NCBI RefSeq assembly: GCF_006345805.1
Contig: NC_043000.1
Location: 111,662,001-111,726,000, forward strand
DNA: 64,000 nt
Reading direction: 5' to 3'
From: Octopus sinensis
Taxonomy: Eukaryota
The notes beneath the pieces are model-generated. The model was not told the DNA's origin, did no database searches, and was given only the letters and a program-made list of their open reading frames with translations. Position numbers and translations under genes: made by a program. Shown one piece after another: positions 24,715 to 37,408 of this stretch (positions are counted from its first letter, which is position 1; every line of letters begins with the position of its first letter).

Positions 24715-25151
24715 AAGGTTAGGGAAGAGCGGAGGTATTTCCAAGTGGACTGTTGAATAGTTTCCAATTTAAGACCCCTGTGTACTGTATGGGAGGTCAA
24801 AGGGCAAGAGTTCACACTTGCTGCAAGTTGTTGTTTTGCCCCCAAATCAGCTCCAGTTCACGTAGACCTTCCACCCACAGGATCAAAGCATTCCATCCAT
24901 GACTGTCTCATCTTGTTCCAATATACAGGGAATTCACGACCACATTGTCCCACTTTTTTTTCTTCTTTTAAACATAGTAGAGTGTGGTTTAAATATAGCT
25001 ACCATTTCTAGCAGAACAAGTGACTACGTCAAGGCTCTCAATTCTGTATTGAACCCTTTATATACATTACCTGGGGTTCACTGAATAATGAGGAGGAGTA
25101 GCTTAAGACGGTGGGGTAGTTTGTAGAAGATTGTGTAGAGCAAAAAGTCTT

Positions 25152-26123
25152 TTAACCTCTTCTTACCATTCTATCTGTTGAAATATATTTGCCTGTGTTT
25201 CAATTTAATTTTGAAAATAAGGAAGATTTTGTTACAATAACTGTCATTGTTAAGCTGGTATTTGGAACATAAATTACCATGAAATTTTGATGGAAGGTTT
25301 TAATTTAGATCAGTTTAACCCTTTCCATACCAACCTTGCTGAAACCACCCCTGGGCTCTGTAGTACAAATGTCTTGTTTTCAAAAGTTTGGAATTAAAAT
25401 CTTCCACCAAACCTTAGTCACAATTTATGTTGCTAACACGAGCTGAATGGTAACTAAGTTACTTTACTAAATTCTTTGTTATATTTAAAATTAATTGAAA
25501 GAAACACAGAGCATCTCAACAGAAATATGGTAACAGAAGGGTTAAAATAAATAATAGAGAAACAATTCGTAACCCTTTTGATACCAACCCAGCTGAACCC
25601 ACATCTGGTTCTGTAGTAAAGAAAGATGTCTTGTTTTCATAAGTTTGGAATTAAAATCTTCCACCAAACCTTAGTCACAATTTATGTTGCTAACACAAGC
25701 TGAATGGTAACTAAGTTACTTTACTAAATTCTTTGTTATATTTAAAATTAATTGAAAGAAACAGAGCATCTCAACAGAAATATGGTAACAGAAAGGTTAA
25801 AATAAATAATAGAGAAACAATTCGTAACTCTTTTGATACCAACCCAGCTGAACCCACATCTGGTTCTGTAGTAAAGAAAGATGTCTTGTTTTCATAAGTT
25901 TGGAATTAAAATCTTCCACCAAACCTTAGTCACAATTTATGTTCCTAACACTAGCTTAATGATAACTAAGTTATTTTACTAAATTCTTTGTTATATTTAA
26001 AATTAATTGAAAGAAAACTGACAGAGCATCTCAAAATAAATATAGTAACGAAAGGGTTAAAACAAGAAGTTTGTGTCAAAGAACAAAGATTGGTGTCTGG
26101 CAGATTGGTATCAAAAGGGTTAA
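25152..26123. mobile_element. Cluster of piggyBac-like (TTAA) MITEs: three tandem ~225-bp copies plus flanking partial elements
   Basis: (T/G)TAA|CCCTTT...AAGGG|TTAA-type units at 25319-25541, 25573-25796 and 25828-26056; identical spacer aataaataatagagaaacaattcg between copies. Confidence 0.85.
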
Positions 26124-26419
26124 GCAGAGAAAAACCATTGTAGTGTTGGTCAGCATGTAGGTAGTGATTGCAGACAAGAGTGTTACTGTTTATTGTCTAA
26201 TGGAGGTTGAAGTGTTGTCTATTCTCTCTTCAACTCCTTCATATTAGAATTGACCCTCACTTTTGCACAACCTTCAAACATTGTATTCACGATGATGAGG
26301 ATGATTGATAATCAATGTTTATTCCAGCTGTTTGACCAGTGGAAATAATTAGTTCTTAAATTAACTTACAAGTGGTTGAGTATCTCTGACACATGCATCA
26401 CAGTATCAACAAGACCATC

Positions 26420-27185
26420 AGATGCCGTTACACACTCCTACTCACAATGCACTTCCAATTCTGTCTTGGTTGCACCATTCTTTTCCTTCTTCACCCAAAT
26501 CGTCTTCCCGTCTTCATGGAGGCTTTCTAAGTAGCCTTTTTCTATTCTCTTGGATACCACTCGGAAACTGCATGGGTTCACTTGTTGTTTGTGAACCTTG
26601 GGACATGTCCAACCCTGCAGAACTTAGGTTTTCACTACTCTGTGATCACATCATTCCCTCTGCTCTCTTCTCAAACCATCTCATTTCAAATATGCTTTTG
26701 CAATAATATTCCAAACATGGATCTCTCTTTGCCAACACAATATCTTACCACTTGTTACATTCCTTTGTCATCTCCGTTGTACGGTTCAGCTTCATGAGAT
26801 CAGCTTCCACCACTTCTGTCTCTGTCTTTCCTCAGTCTTCCTCTTTCATTGACATCTTCCCCATGGATCTCTTGAAATTTCTTTACCAAATTGTCATTCT
26901 TCATACGCATTACATGTCTGTACCAACACAATCTTTCCTCTCATAAACTCGGGTTTTCTCTCTCAGCTCGTTTGTGCCTCGTCATTCAAGCATATTAAGT
27001 CTACATATCTAACTATGCCTGCCATGCTTCATTTCTTTCCATCCTCTGCATTTAGTGCCCATGTCACACCAATGCCATTTGAAGGTCTCACGAGTATACA
27101 GTCCCAATTCTGATCTGTGTATAATGAGTCTTGCTGACAAGTGATTGAGACCTTTGGCAATTTGCTGTGCATGAGAAGAGCTGTC
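26420..27185 (-). pseudogene. RTE LINE 3' fragments (two subtypes abutting)
   Basis: Minus translation with frameshifts: GVTWALNAEDGKK..; GHVPRFTNNK..EWYPRE..RKPP. Confidence 0.65.
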
Positions 27186-27189
27186 AAGC

Positions 27190-27950
27190 CAAGTGAGATT
27201 GTGGTTGTGGCCAGGGCTGGTGGCACGTAAAAGGCACCCACGCCAGCAACATGTAGAAGGCACTTGTGCTAGTGACATGTAAAGGCACCCAGCAACACAT
27301 AAAAGCACCTGTGCCAGCGACACCTAAAATGCGGCCAGGCCAGTGACACGTAAAATGCGCCCAGGCCAGTGACATGTAAAGTGCACCCGGGCCAGTGACA
27401 CGTAAAATGCATCCGGGCCAGTGACACGTAAAATGCACCTGGGCCAGCGACACGTAAAAGGCGCCCGTACAAGCAACACGTAAAAGGCACCCGTGCCAGT
27501 GACATATAAAAGACACCCGTGCCAGTGACATGTAAAAGACACCCGTGCCAGTGACGTGTATAAGACACCCGTGCCAGCGACACGTAAAAGACACCCGTGC
27601 CAGCGACACGTAAAAGACACCCGTGCCAGCGACACGTAAAAGACACCCGTGCCAGCGACACGTAAAAGACACCCGTGCCAGTGACACGTAAAAGAAACCC
27701 GTGCTAGCGACATGTAAAAGGCACCCATGCCAGCGACACGTAAAAGGCACCTGTGCCAGTGAAACTTGAAAGGCAGCTGTGCCAGCGACACATAAAAGGC
27801 GCCCACTACACTCTTGGAGTGGTTGGCATTTGGAAGAACATCAAGCAGTAGAAACCAGGGAGTCTGGTAAAGCTGTCTGGCTTACCAGTTCCAATCAAAC
27901 CATCTAACCCATGCATCTAAAACAGATGCTAAGTGGTGATGATGATGAGG
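27190..27950 (+). mobile_element. Family C element (RTE-type tail ending in (GAT)n) with an expanded internal 26-bp minisatellite
   Basis: About 22 units of gacacccgtgccagcgacacgtaaaa at ~27225-27805, then ggagtggttggcatttggaag...gatgatgatgag. Confidence 0.85.
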
Positions 27951-28480
27951 GCCCCAGTGTCACACTACAATGCAGTACTGTAATTCATACCAAAGCAATG
28001 CGCAATCCACCTTTTGTTTGAAGAGAGAATTTCTTTGTTGCCAGAAGCGCTAATAGCCCCCTGTATTTTCTCCATCCTGTTCTTAATCTGGCCCCTTTAC
28101 TTTCAGAATACCTTCCTCCACTGCTGACTATGTTGCCTAGGTAACAGAATATCAACTTACTTCTAAGGAGCTTTCTTAGCAGTCAAATCACTCATAAAAT
28201 AAATTCCTTCCAGTGCTAACTACCCCTGTACTCATCTCCCGCATACAAGGCTTTCATTTACTGTCAGCCTGTTTGTGACTCCCACCACACAAATTGGAGC
28301 ACACCCTATGAAATTCCTCTCTGCTCCTTTTCTACATATCATGCACATCCATTTCCCTGATGGCAGCCCCCCCCCCCGTCTTCTTTCCTGTTTATTAAAA
28401 CTTTTTTTCATCTGCGAGTTCAAATCCTGTATTTTCTATGAGGCCAACACATTAATTAACAGAAACATTATTGGTCTGTT
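27950..28480 (-). pseudogene. RTE LINE reverse-transcriptase C-terminal fragment
   Basis: SGKWMCMICRKG..; CYLGNIVSSGG..RTGWRKYRGLLALLATKKFSL. Confidence 0.7.
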
Positions 28481-28810
28481 TAATTTATATGCTGTTAATA
28501 TATCAGATCTTTCTGATACAGTCCAGGTCATGTAGACCTACGTTTTATGTTTTTTCTATAGATTATCTCAATCACAAGTGTGTCACTGTCCCAAGATAAA
28601 AACTGCTATTTGTATTTATATATATATATATATATATATATGATTCACAATCAAGGTGCAGAAATGGCATATTCTGAATGAACAAGATAATGTAATCTGA
28701 TGGTAGGAAGAATTCCACGAATTGGGTATTCCAAAGTCAGTCGGCTGTAACCACACGTGAATCATTGATGATTTTTTCCTCCATCTTCCTTTTCTATTGG
28801 ATTTTCCTCT

Positions 28811-28845
28811 GTTTCTGAAGAAGAGCTTTGTTCAAAATGTAAGAC
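28811..28845 (+). ncRNA. Decayed hammerhead motif in a Penelope-derived repeat
   Basis: gttt-CTGAAGA-agagctttgttc-AAAATGTA-agac: core changed from GAAACG to AAAATG by CpG-type transitions. Confidence 0.35.
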
Positions 28846-29039
28846 CACCTGTCTTTCCTTCCCTGAGAGTCTGCTAACACTTTATGTTAATGTTTGATTG
28901 TCTTTATATGTAACTATACATAAAAGCAAACATTTTATATATGTGTATATATGTGTGTGTATAAGAGGAATGAATGTAAAAATACATAACTCAGGATATA
29001 TTGTAAACAATTCAAAATTATTTACAAATATCTACAGGT

Positions 29040-29398
29040 GCAAGAGTGGCTGTGTGGTAAGTTACTTGCTTGCCAACCACATGATTCTGGGTTCAATCCC
29101 ACTGTGTGGCACTTTGGACAAGTGTCTTTCACTATAGCCTCGGGCCGACTAAAGCCTTGTGAGTTGACTTGGTAGACAGAAACTGAAAGAAGCCCATTGT
29201 GTGTGTGTGTATCTGTTTATGTGTCTGTGTTTGTCCCCACCCCACCCCGCAACATTGCAACTGATGCTGGTGTGTTTGCATTCCCATAACTTAGCAGTTT
29301 CGGCAAAAGAGACAGGTAGTCAATTTGCTTGACTAAAGGCGGTGCTCCAGCATGGCCACAGTCAAATGACTGATAACAAGTAAAAGAAGAAAAGAATA
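29040..29398 (+). mobile_element. Family B SINE, mostly CpG-decayed
   Basis: caactgatgctgg, cataacttagcag and ggccacagtc replace consensus CG dinucleotides. Confidence 0.85.
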
Positions 29399-29829
29399 TC
29401 AGTGGCCAAAACATGCAATCAAAAAAATTTTTCATAAAAGTGTGAATAATTGTGAATAAATCACAATTATAACGGATCCACTTTTGGTTCCTTACTTCAA
29501 AATTGCAATAGAAGACTAACCATTTATTTTTATTTAAATTTTGAATTTTTATGTCATGTCTCTCGCCAACAGCTTTTATGGTTGAGGAGATATGAGTGTT
29601 TATAGTGGTTTTAACTGCTATTTCTAGATATGTAAGGGTTTTTATAACCTTCCCCATTATAATTGTGATTTATTTACAATTATACACTCTTTTATATATA
29701 TGCATGTATGTGTGCACATGTGTGTATCACTTCTTTTATTTGCCTTTGTGTAACTTGCGGATATGCCCAGGCACATCTTCACCTCCATCCTCTTTCTTCT
29801 CCAAATAGGGCTGCCATGTATCTCCTCTA

Positions 29830-30160
29830 CTGTAAAATCCCTGTTACTGTCCCTCCATCATAATTTAACCTTTCATCACCTGACATAAAGCCACTTTCCT
29901 CAGTACTACTACACGCCCTGCCTCAGTTGAGAGGGGTCTTGTCCTGTGAGTTACTTGGTAACCTCACTGGTGCTGGTGCCAAGTTGAAAAGCATCCGGTC
30001 CACTCTGTAAAGTGGTTGGTGTTATGAAAGGCATTCCAGCCATAGAAACCATGCCAAAGCAGACAGTGGAGCTTGGCACAGTCCATTGGCTTGCCAGCTC
30101 CTGTCAAACCATCCAACCCATGCCAGCATGGAAAACAGATGTTCAATGATGATGATGATA
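29830..30160 (+). mobile_element. Family C element
   Basis: gtggttggtgttatgaaaggcattccagcc...catgccagcatggaaaacagatgttcaatgatgatgatg. Confidence 0.75.
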
Positions 30161-32324
30161 TAACCAATGTTATAAAATACTTAAAATACATACACACACA
30201 CTGTACACATTGTAGTCAAGGAACTTGTGGCAATCCTCCAGTCTGTCCAGTAAGACAATTACTTAATCAAACTGAAACACACACACACACACACATGTAT
30301 TAATATATCATGGTTGGCAATCATAGCATGTTATCTTGATCCTCTCACTACTGACACCACCACCACCATCGCTACCGTTGTAATCATCTACCTGTTCACC
30401 TTCTTGGAGAATAACCACTCTGTCTTTACTGCAAGACAATCCCAGATACTCCCCCCCTCTTCTCTCTCTCACTCTCTCTCTCTCCGCCACCCCACCACCC
30501 AGTCTTTATCTGGAGAACCACTGCACCTCTTGGTGTATTGCCAGGTTTAAGATAGCTTGCTTTAAAGATGACACATCGACTCAAACTCTCAACAATGGTA
30601 CTTTACCTTCGCAAATCAACTTTCACTAATTTTATGTATTCTGTAATCAATTTTTACCGTTCAATCATTCTCCTATTGCCTCTCTCTCCTCAAATACTGT
30701 ATTCTCTCTCTCTCTCTTTCTGTCTGTCTCTACGGATGTATGCATTCAGACATAAAAATATATGCACAATAAAATATCAAAAATAAGAAAATGAAAACAC
30801 TCTCACACACACATGTACAGGCATATATATGTAAAAGAAATCGATGTATATTGACTATATATATATATATATATGAGATACATAGTATGTGTGTATATGT
30901 GTGTTTTGCTTTTACATCCATTTTTCCATGCTGGCATGGGTTAGATAGATATATTCTTTTCTACTCAAGGCACAAGGCCTGGAATTTGGTGGGGTAGCAG
31001 TCGATTAGATCAACCCCAGTACGCAGCTGGCACTTAATTTATCGACCTGAAAAGGATGAAAGAAAGTCGGCCTTGGCGGGATTTGAACTCAGAACGTAAA
31101 GACAGACGACATACCACTAAGCATTTCGCCCGCTGTGCTAACGTTTCTGCCAGCTTGCCACCTTGGTTAGATGAATATATTATTGAGGCATTGTTGTACA
31201 GTCAGATGCCTTTCCTGTCACTAACCCTTACCTGTTTTTCAGGTAAGGGATATCTCTTCCCAGATGTTTTCAAAAACACAAAACCCAGCAGATGACCCAT
31301 TGACTGGGGGAAATATCTGTAGGGAAGTAATTTTCAGAGAAATCTAAATGTAAACACACTCACACACACAATGGACTTCTTTCAGCGCCTCTCTACCAAA
31401 TCTATTCTCAAATGTGTCTTCTGTAATAGCACGGGGCTACAGTAGAAGACATTTGTCTAATATGCCTTTCACTAGGACTAAACCCAAAAGAATGTGATCT
31501 GAAAGTGTATTTCTTAACCACACAGCCATGCCTACACCTGTGTTCATGCATGCATGAATGTGTGTGTGTGATGTTTGTTCGTGTTTTGATAAGGTATATG
31601 CAGTTTGGATTGCATCCTCTCCTTTCATCCTGTGTATTTCCCAATAGCAACTTATTGGTTTACGAATATTTCTCAGCAAATCTTTCCATGTTCTGCTCTA
31701 TGATTCTCATCTAAGCAAGACCTTTTATTAAAATGGGGGAAACATATTTGCTAACCCCTTTGCAGTGAAAGGCATCCTTGTCTCATCTTTCTACTCCTTT
31801 CTTATTCTTCCATAATTTATCCCATTACTCGAATATTATATAGATTGTATCTTTATTTCTATTTCCTTTGAAGCAAACCCATCGTGAAAAAACATCTACA
31901 CTTGGAAATATCTGCCCATAAGGCATATCCGTGGTGGTAGGGTGATGTAATCAGGGGGTAGTGGAAATAATGCCTACAGTGATAGGCTTTGCTACCCAGC
32001 CCTGGTGGCTTACTACTACTTGTACAAGCAATTTGTGCAATCATATAATAAAACCAAATCACCCTCAATTTACACTCTAACCATCCTAAAAAAGAAGGCT
32101 CTATTTGATAATGTAGTCCTAGATCTAGTCTGTTATCATCATTATTTAAAGTCCATGCTTCATGCTGGTATGGGCTGGACTCTCTTTGACATACATGATG
32201 GACTCCACCTACAAAATCCACTTACAAGACTTTGGTCAGTCCAAGGCTATAGTAGGAGACACTCGCCCAAAGTGCCACACTATAGGACTGAACCTGGAAT
32301 CACATACTCTCTCTTTTACTCTTT

Positions 32325-32705
32325 TACTTGTTTCAGTCATTTGACTGCGGCCATGCTGGAGCACCGCCTTTAATCGAGCAACTCGACCCCAGGACTTATT
32401 CTTTTGTAAGCCCAGTATTTATTTTATCGGTCTCTTTTGTCGAACCGCTAAGTAACGGGGACATAAACACACCAGCATCGGTTGTCAAGCAATGCTAGGG
32501 GGACAAATACAGACACACACACACGCATATATATATATACATATATACGACGGGCTTCTTTCAGTTTCCGTCTACCAAATCCACTCACAAGGCTTTGGTC
32601 GGCCCGAGGCTATAGTAGAAGACACTTGCCCAAGGTGCCATGCAGTAGGACTGAACCCGGAACCATGTGGTTGGTAAACAAGCTACTTACCACACAGCCA
32701 CTCCT
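32325..32705 (-). mobile_element. Young full-length family B SINE (CpGs intact inside the decayed domain)
   Basis: ctgcggccatgctggagcaccgcctttaatcgagcaactcgacccc...ggtcggcccgagg. Confidence 0.9.
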
Positions 32706-33221
32706 GCAACTGAACCTGGAATCACATGGGTGGGAAATGAACATCTTAACCACACAGCCGTGCTTCTACCTATATGCATCTACAAAAAGACTGGAATTCT
32801 TTTGAGGTTACATCAGTTGAATCAGTACTGACCCTGGGCTAAACAATTACTACTACTACTACGAATTTGATATAATTTCCACTGGAGACTAGTGTCCTAT
32901 TCTGCTTCACCTCATTAACAGTAATATATTTCTGTCTACACACTTCATATACAGCAAGCTGACAGTAATGGTCTTTAGTGTCATCAGATACTGAGTAGTA
33001 CTTTAACATTTATTATGTTCATTAGCTGGCCTCACTCTGATTAGTATCAGAATAGATTTCTGTTACAATAGAAATAGGTTCTGCTCTGAGAATTAAACAT
33101 TATTGGCCTAAGACAAGTTCATCATCAACAACCCCATTGCTATCTCAAGTCCTGGGCCTCGTAGGGGGTTGGTTAGCTGGTTTCTATGGTCTATAAATGG
33201 CCAAGATCACAACATGCTCCG

Positions 33222-33660
33222 TAACCCTTTCATTACCATCCCGGCTGAAACCGGCTCTGAATGTCTTGTTTTCATAAGTTTTAGATTAAAATTTTTCACA
33301 AAACCTTAGTCACAATTTATATTCCTAACACTAGCTTAACGATAACTAAGTTATTTTACTAAATTCTTTGTTATATTTTAAGTAATTGGAAGAAACAGAG
33401 TGTCTCAAAATAAATACAGTAATGAAAGGGTTAAACAGGATACCAGTCATTGCAGGGGGTCACTCATTTACCACTGAATGGATTGGATCAATGTGAAATG
33501 AAGTGTGTTGCTATGCCTCTGCAGCATAAATGTCTTGTTTTCATAAGTTTTGAATTAAAATCTTCCCCCAAACCTTAGTCACAATTTATGTTCCTAACAC
33601 CAGCTTAACAATAACTAAGTTATTTTACTAAATTCTTTGTAATATTTAAAGTAATTGAAA
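33222..33660 (+). mobile_element. piggyBac-like TTAA MITE (33222-33435) plus a partial second copy
   Basis: taaccctttcattacc...gaaagggttaa; interior matches the 25.3-26.1 kb copies. Confidence 0.8.
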
Positions 33661-33714
33661 GAAACACAACCCAGAAGCTACAAGATGACACACGGTTAAT
33701 TGTAAACAATCATT

Positions 33715-34135
33715 ATCATCGTTTAATATCTGCTTTCCATGCTAGCATGGGTTGGACGATTTGACTGAGGTCTGGAGAGCCAGCAACTGCATCAGGCTCC
33801 AATCTGTTCTGGCAAGGTTTCTACAACTGAATTCCCTTCCTAACGCCAACCACTCCGAGAGTGCAGTGGGTGCTTTTTACATTCCACTGGCACCGGTCAC
33901 GTTCAGATAGTGCTTTTTATGTGCCACCAAGGATCCACGTTCAGATAGTGCTTTTTATGTGCCACCAAGGAGCCAGTCAGGCAGCCCTGGCACTGGTCAT
34001 GTTCTAATAGTGCTTTTTACATGCCATCAGCACAGGCCAGTCAGGCTGCCCTGGCACCGGTCACATTCGGATAGTGCTTTTTATGTGCCACCCGCACAGA
34101 AGCCAGTCATGGGGTACTGATATCAATCAGATAAT
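33715..34135 (-). mobile_element. Family C element with a short internal tandem array
   Basis: atcatcatcgtttaatatctgctttccatgctagc...repeated gtgctttttatgtgccac. Confidence 0.8.
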
Positions 34136-36859
34136 CATCACATTTGACAAAGTAATCTGAGTGCTAAAGGGTTAAACCAGTTTTTTTCTTGTTTGTACTT
34201 AGGGACATTATCAATGGACTGTTCTGAATTTGAATAATTTCTCTTATATTATTGTCCTGAACATAATGTCCATAACATTCAAGATGGGCGGTAGGAAGGA
34301 AAGCGTAGACCTTGCCTGAATGCTTGCAACACAGTAGTCTCCACTAAAGGCACTGAAAGTGCCAGGCAATGAATTAAGACCACCATCGCTTGCTTGACCA
34401 TGGTTAGATTTGAACTTGGAACACAAATCACTGGTACAAATAAATACCACAAGGCATCTGGCTTAATGTTCTCATAGTTTTGCCAATGCACTGCTTTAGA
34501 TTGGAAAGTCAAAGTTGATTTTGGTGGAATTTGAACTTAGAGCATAGTCAGAACAAATACCACAAGGCATTTTATCCAGTGCTCTAAAAACTCTGCCATT
34601 TTACTGCTTGAGAAAGGAATTTTGCCTGTTGCAATGAGTTATCTTCCCTTGGTGCAGGGATATTTCACAGAAGACAAAAACAAAAAAACTACTGTATTAT
34701 TATCAACACATCCATATCAGAGAGGCCCAGTAAATGTGGGATAATAAAACTTAATGATATTGTGGTGTATTGTGTATTTCTATGCTAGCTTTAACTATGC
34801 AGGTCTTGGGGGTAGGGCCTGGTGTTAAACTGGATAGTGTTATGTACATACCACCCAAAAGGGCAGGGTCCACTTTAAAATGTAAAATATGATATACTGT
34901 TGAATTTCCTGCCTCAAACAAACACATAGATGTTAGAGGTATATGGCTTGAAGAAAAGATATTGGCTGTTATTTCTAGCATGCAGAGCTAAATCTGCTAG
35001 TTATTTTTCTTGTTCAGCAAGCATCCATCATTTTTGCTTGCTTTTGTTATTAGTAGCGACACCTATTCTCTTTATCACTTTTGTAAACCTAGAGTAGGAG
35101 GTTGCTGTGAAACAAAAGCTTTCCACACACGACCATCCCAAACTTCTCTCCCAGGTATTACATATCTTCATCGTCATAATGTCCACTGTCCCATACTCAC
35201 ATAAGCCATACGGAATTTCCTGTCCTCTAGCCCTTACCTGTTTCCAAGTAAGGTAATATTTTCCCTTAATCAGACATGTTCTTCATGGAAGATAAAGAAC
35301 GAACATCACTTGCAATAACAACGACATTCATTTACTATATCCTTTGGTGTCAGGACAGGGGGACAGTAACCCCCCCATTCCTGCACACACACACACACAG
35401 AGTTTCTGTCTACCAAATCCACTCACAAAGCTTTGGTTGGACCAAGGCTATAGTAGAAGACATTTGCCCAAGGTGCCACCCAGTGGGACTGAACCGGGAT
35501 CCATGTGATTGGGAAGCAAACTTCTTACCACACAGCCATGCCTATATACATACACACACACTCACACACACACAATGGGCTTCTTTCAGTTTCCATCTAT
35601 CAAAACCAGTTACAGGGTTTTGGCCAGCCCTAAGCTATAGTTGAGAACTCTTGTCCAAGTTGCCACTCTGTAGGATTGAACCCCGAACTATGCAGTCACG
35701 GCCATGCCTGCACCTATCTGTGACTATATTATCCCAATCCAATGTTTCTTTCACTTTTCAAGATGGCCTGGTGCAATTCAAGAGAGGTTTTTGGCTGCTA
35801 TTTCTTGCAGATCAGATCACTACATAAAAGCCCTCTTCTTCATAGTGTTGCAGTAATGAAGTAGCCCACTCCACCCCGGTGGTGGTGGTGGTGGTGTGGT
35901 GGTGGTGGGGCAGAGATAGGAAACAAACCCTTAGAAACAATTTGTGTTTGCAGTATCAGATACGAATATTTATTACTCTAAATTTAGGACAGCCAGACAT
36001 TATCCTTTAAAGCACTGTCCTCGCACAACTAACCAAAGCTCTCCCCAACTAACTAAACAGAATGGAAAACCTAAATGTTGTGTGTTACACACATACACAC
36101 ACACACTACCTATGGTTCTATTTAATTCAGTTTTTGTTTTCTTATTTTAATTGCTGACAACAAAGCAGCTTTTGTACCTGGAAAACCTGTCACCTGATAA
36201 CATTGTTATTATTATTATTATCTACAGCTATTGCTATTTTGATGCAGCCTAAAGTAGAGCAGAGTCCATGGGGAGACTCTCACCCTCTCCACACACCCTT
36301 TAACAACCTTGTTCACTCATGCCCTCCCCCACCTATCAACATACTCTCTCTCTCTTTCTCTCCTCACCTGCCTATGCATTTATCATTCACCATTGCTCAC
36401 CTTTCAAATTTATCACATTATATCCTTCTAAATACACTTTATACCACTGTCTACTTTAATGTGTGTGTGTGTGTGTGTGTGACTGTGTTTGTTTATTTGT
36501 GCGTGTGAACAGTGTCTTGTTCTCGTTCTACCCCCATCCCCCTCTTGGCAGACATCCTGTCTATAAATTTACCTCTGGCTTTGACAACTTTTCACATCCA
36601 CCCATTCGATCACCCTCTAGTTACTGGGGGGGGGGGCATGCCATTCAACTAAAGTGGTGGTGGTGGTGGCGGTGTTTCTGTTTCTCACTGTCCTGCATAA
36701 TGTTCACTCACTCACCCCCCCCCCCCGACACTCACACACCTCACACTCACACACACACACGCACTGGTTACTTGGCCTGCAAAAAATAGCAGTCAATTTT
36801 CCTTCAGCGTATAACCCTACAGTCTCAACCATTCAGCATTCAGATTCGTCTGTCATATA

Positions 36860-37200
36860 TTCTGAGACCCCCTTTGGTCATGACACAGACCATGGGATTG
36901 CACCTAGAAAGTTACCCTCCCAGGCACAAGTCTGGGCAAGGTTGTATATGGAAGACCAGTAGTCGCCCATGCATACCGGCCTCCTATCTCCATGCCACCC
37001 GTGTTGTCCAAGGGAAAGGCAAAGGCCGATACAGCTTGGCACCAGTGACGTCGCAACTCATTTCTACAGCTGAGTGAACTGGAGCAACGTGAAATGAAGT
37101 GTCTTGCTCAAGAACACAACACACAGCCCGGTCCAGGATTCAACCTCACAACCTCACGATTGTAAGCTCAACGCTCTAACCACTGAGCCATGCGCCTTCA
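36860..37200 (-). mobile_element. Full-length family D SINE variant
   Basis: Minus strand gaaggcgcatggctcagtggttagagcg...ttgagcaagacacttcatttcacgttgctccagttcactcagctg...ggggtctc. Confidence 0.85.
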
Positions 37201-37204
37201 CTAC

Positions 37205-37408
37205 TGTCATATATAATGCTTATTTATTCATATTGTTTTGAATTAATCATGGGATTATCTTATAGCTTTGTGATTCTTGATGTGATTGTTTATTTTTTCA
37301 ATGACATTGTAAGGAAAGTGTGATATGCCAGATCCGGCAGGCTAGACCATAAAAACAGGTAGAATATTTTGGCTGGGTGTGGCCAGTTTAAATGCTAAAG
37401 GGTTAAAA
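37205..37408. mobile_element. Second TTAA MITE family (ttaaccctttagcatt ends); relatives at ~34140-34176 and ~59750-59975
   Basis: aaatgctaaagggttaa terminus; interior homologous to 59750-59975. Confidence 0.65.

Noticed and set aside
24850-24950. WW-domain-like WMECFDPVGG..KVYVN on minus
   Set aside because: Needs a frameshift, has flanking stops and the similarity is short; likely chance.
27184-27806. 130-188 aa Cys/His/Trp-rich ORFs resembling a repeat protein; spaced repeats superficially like a CRISPR array
   Set aside because: Produced by a 26-bp head-to-tail minisatellite with no unique spacers, inside a retroelement in eukaryotic DNA.
34656-34727. 72-nt symmetric exon-like segment GYFTEDKNKKTTVLLSTHPYQRGP
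   Set aside because: Splice signals are only moderate and the peptide is unrecognised; such matches are expected by chance in 64 kb.
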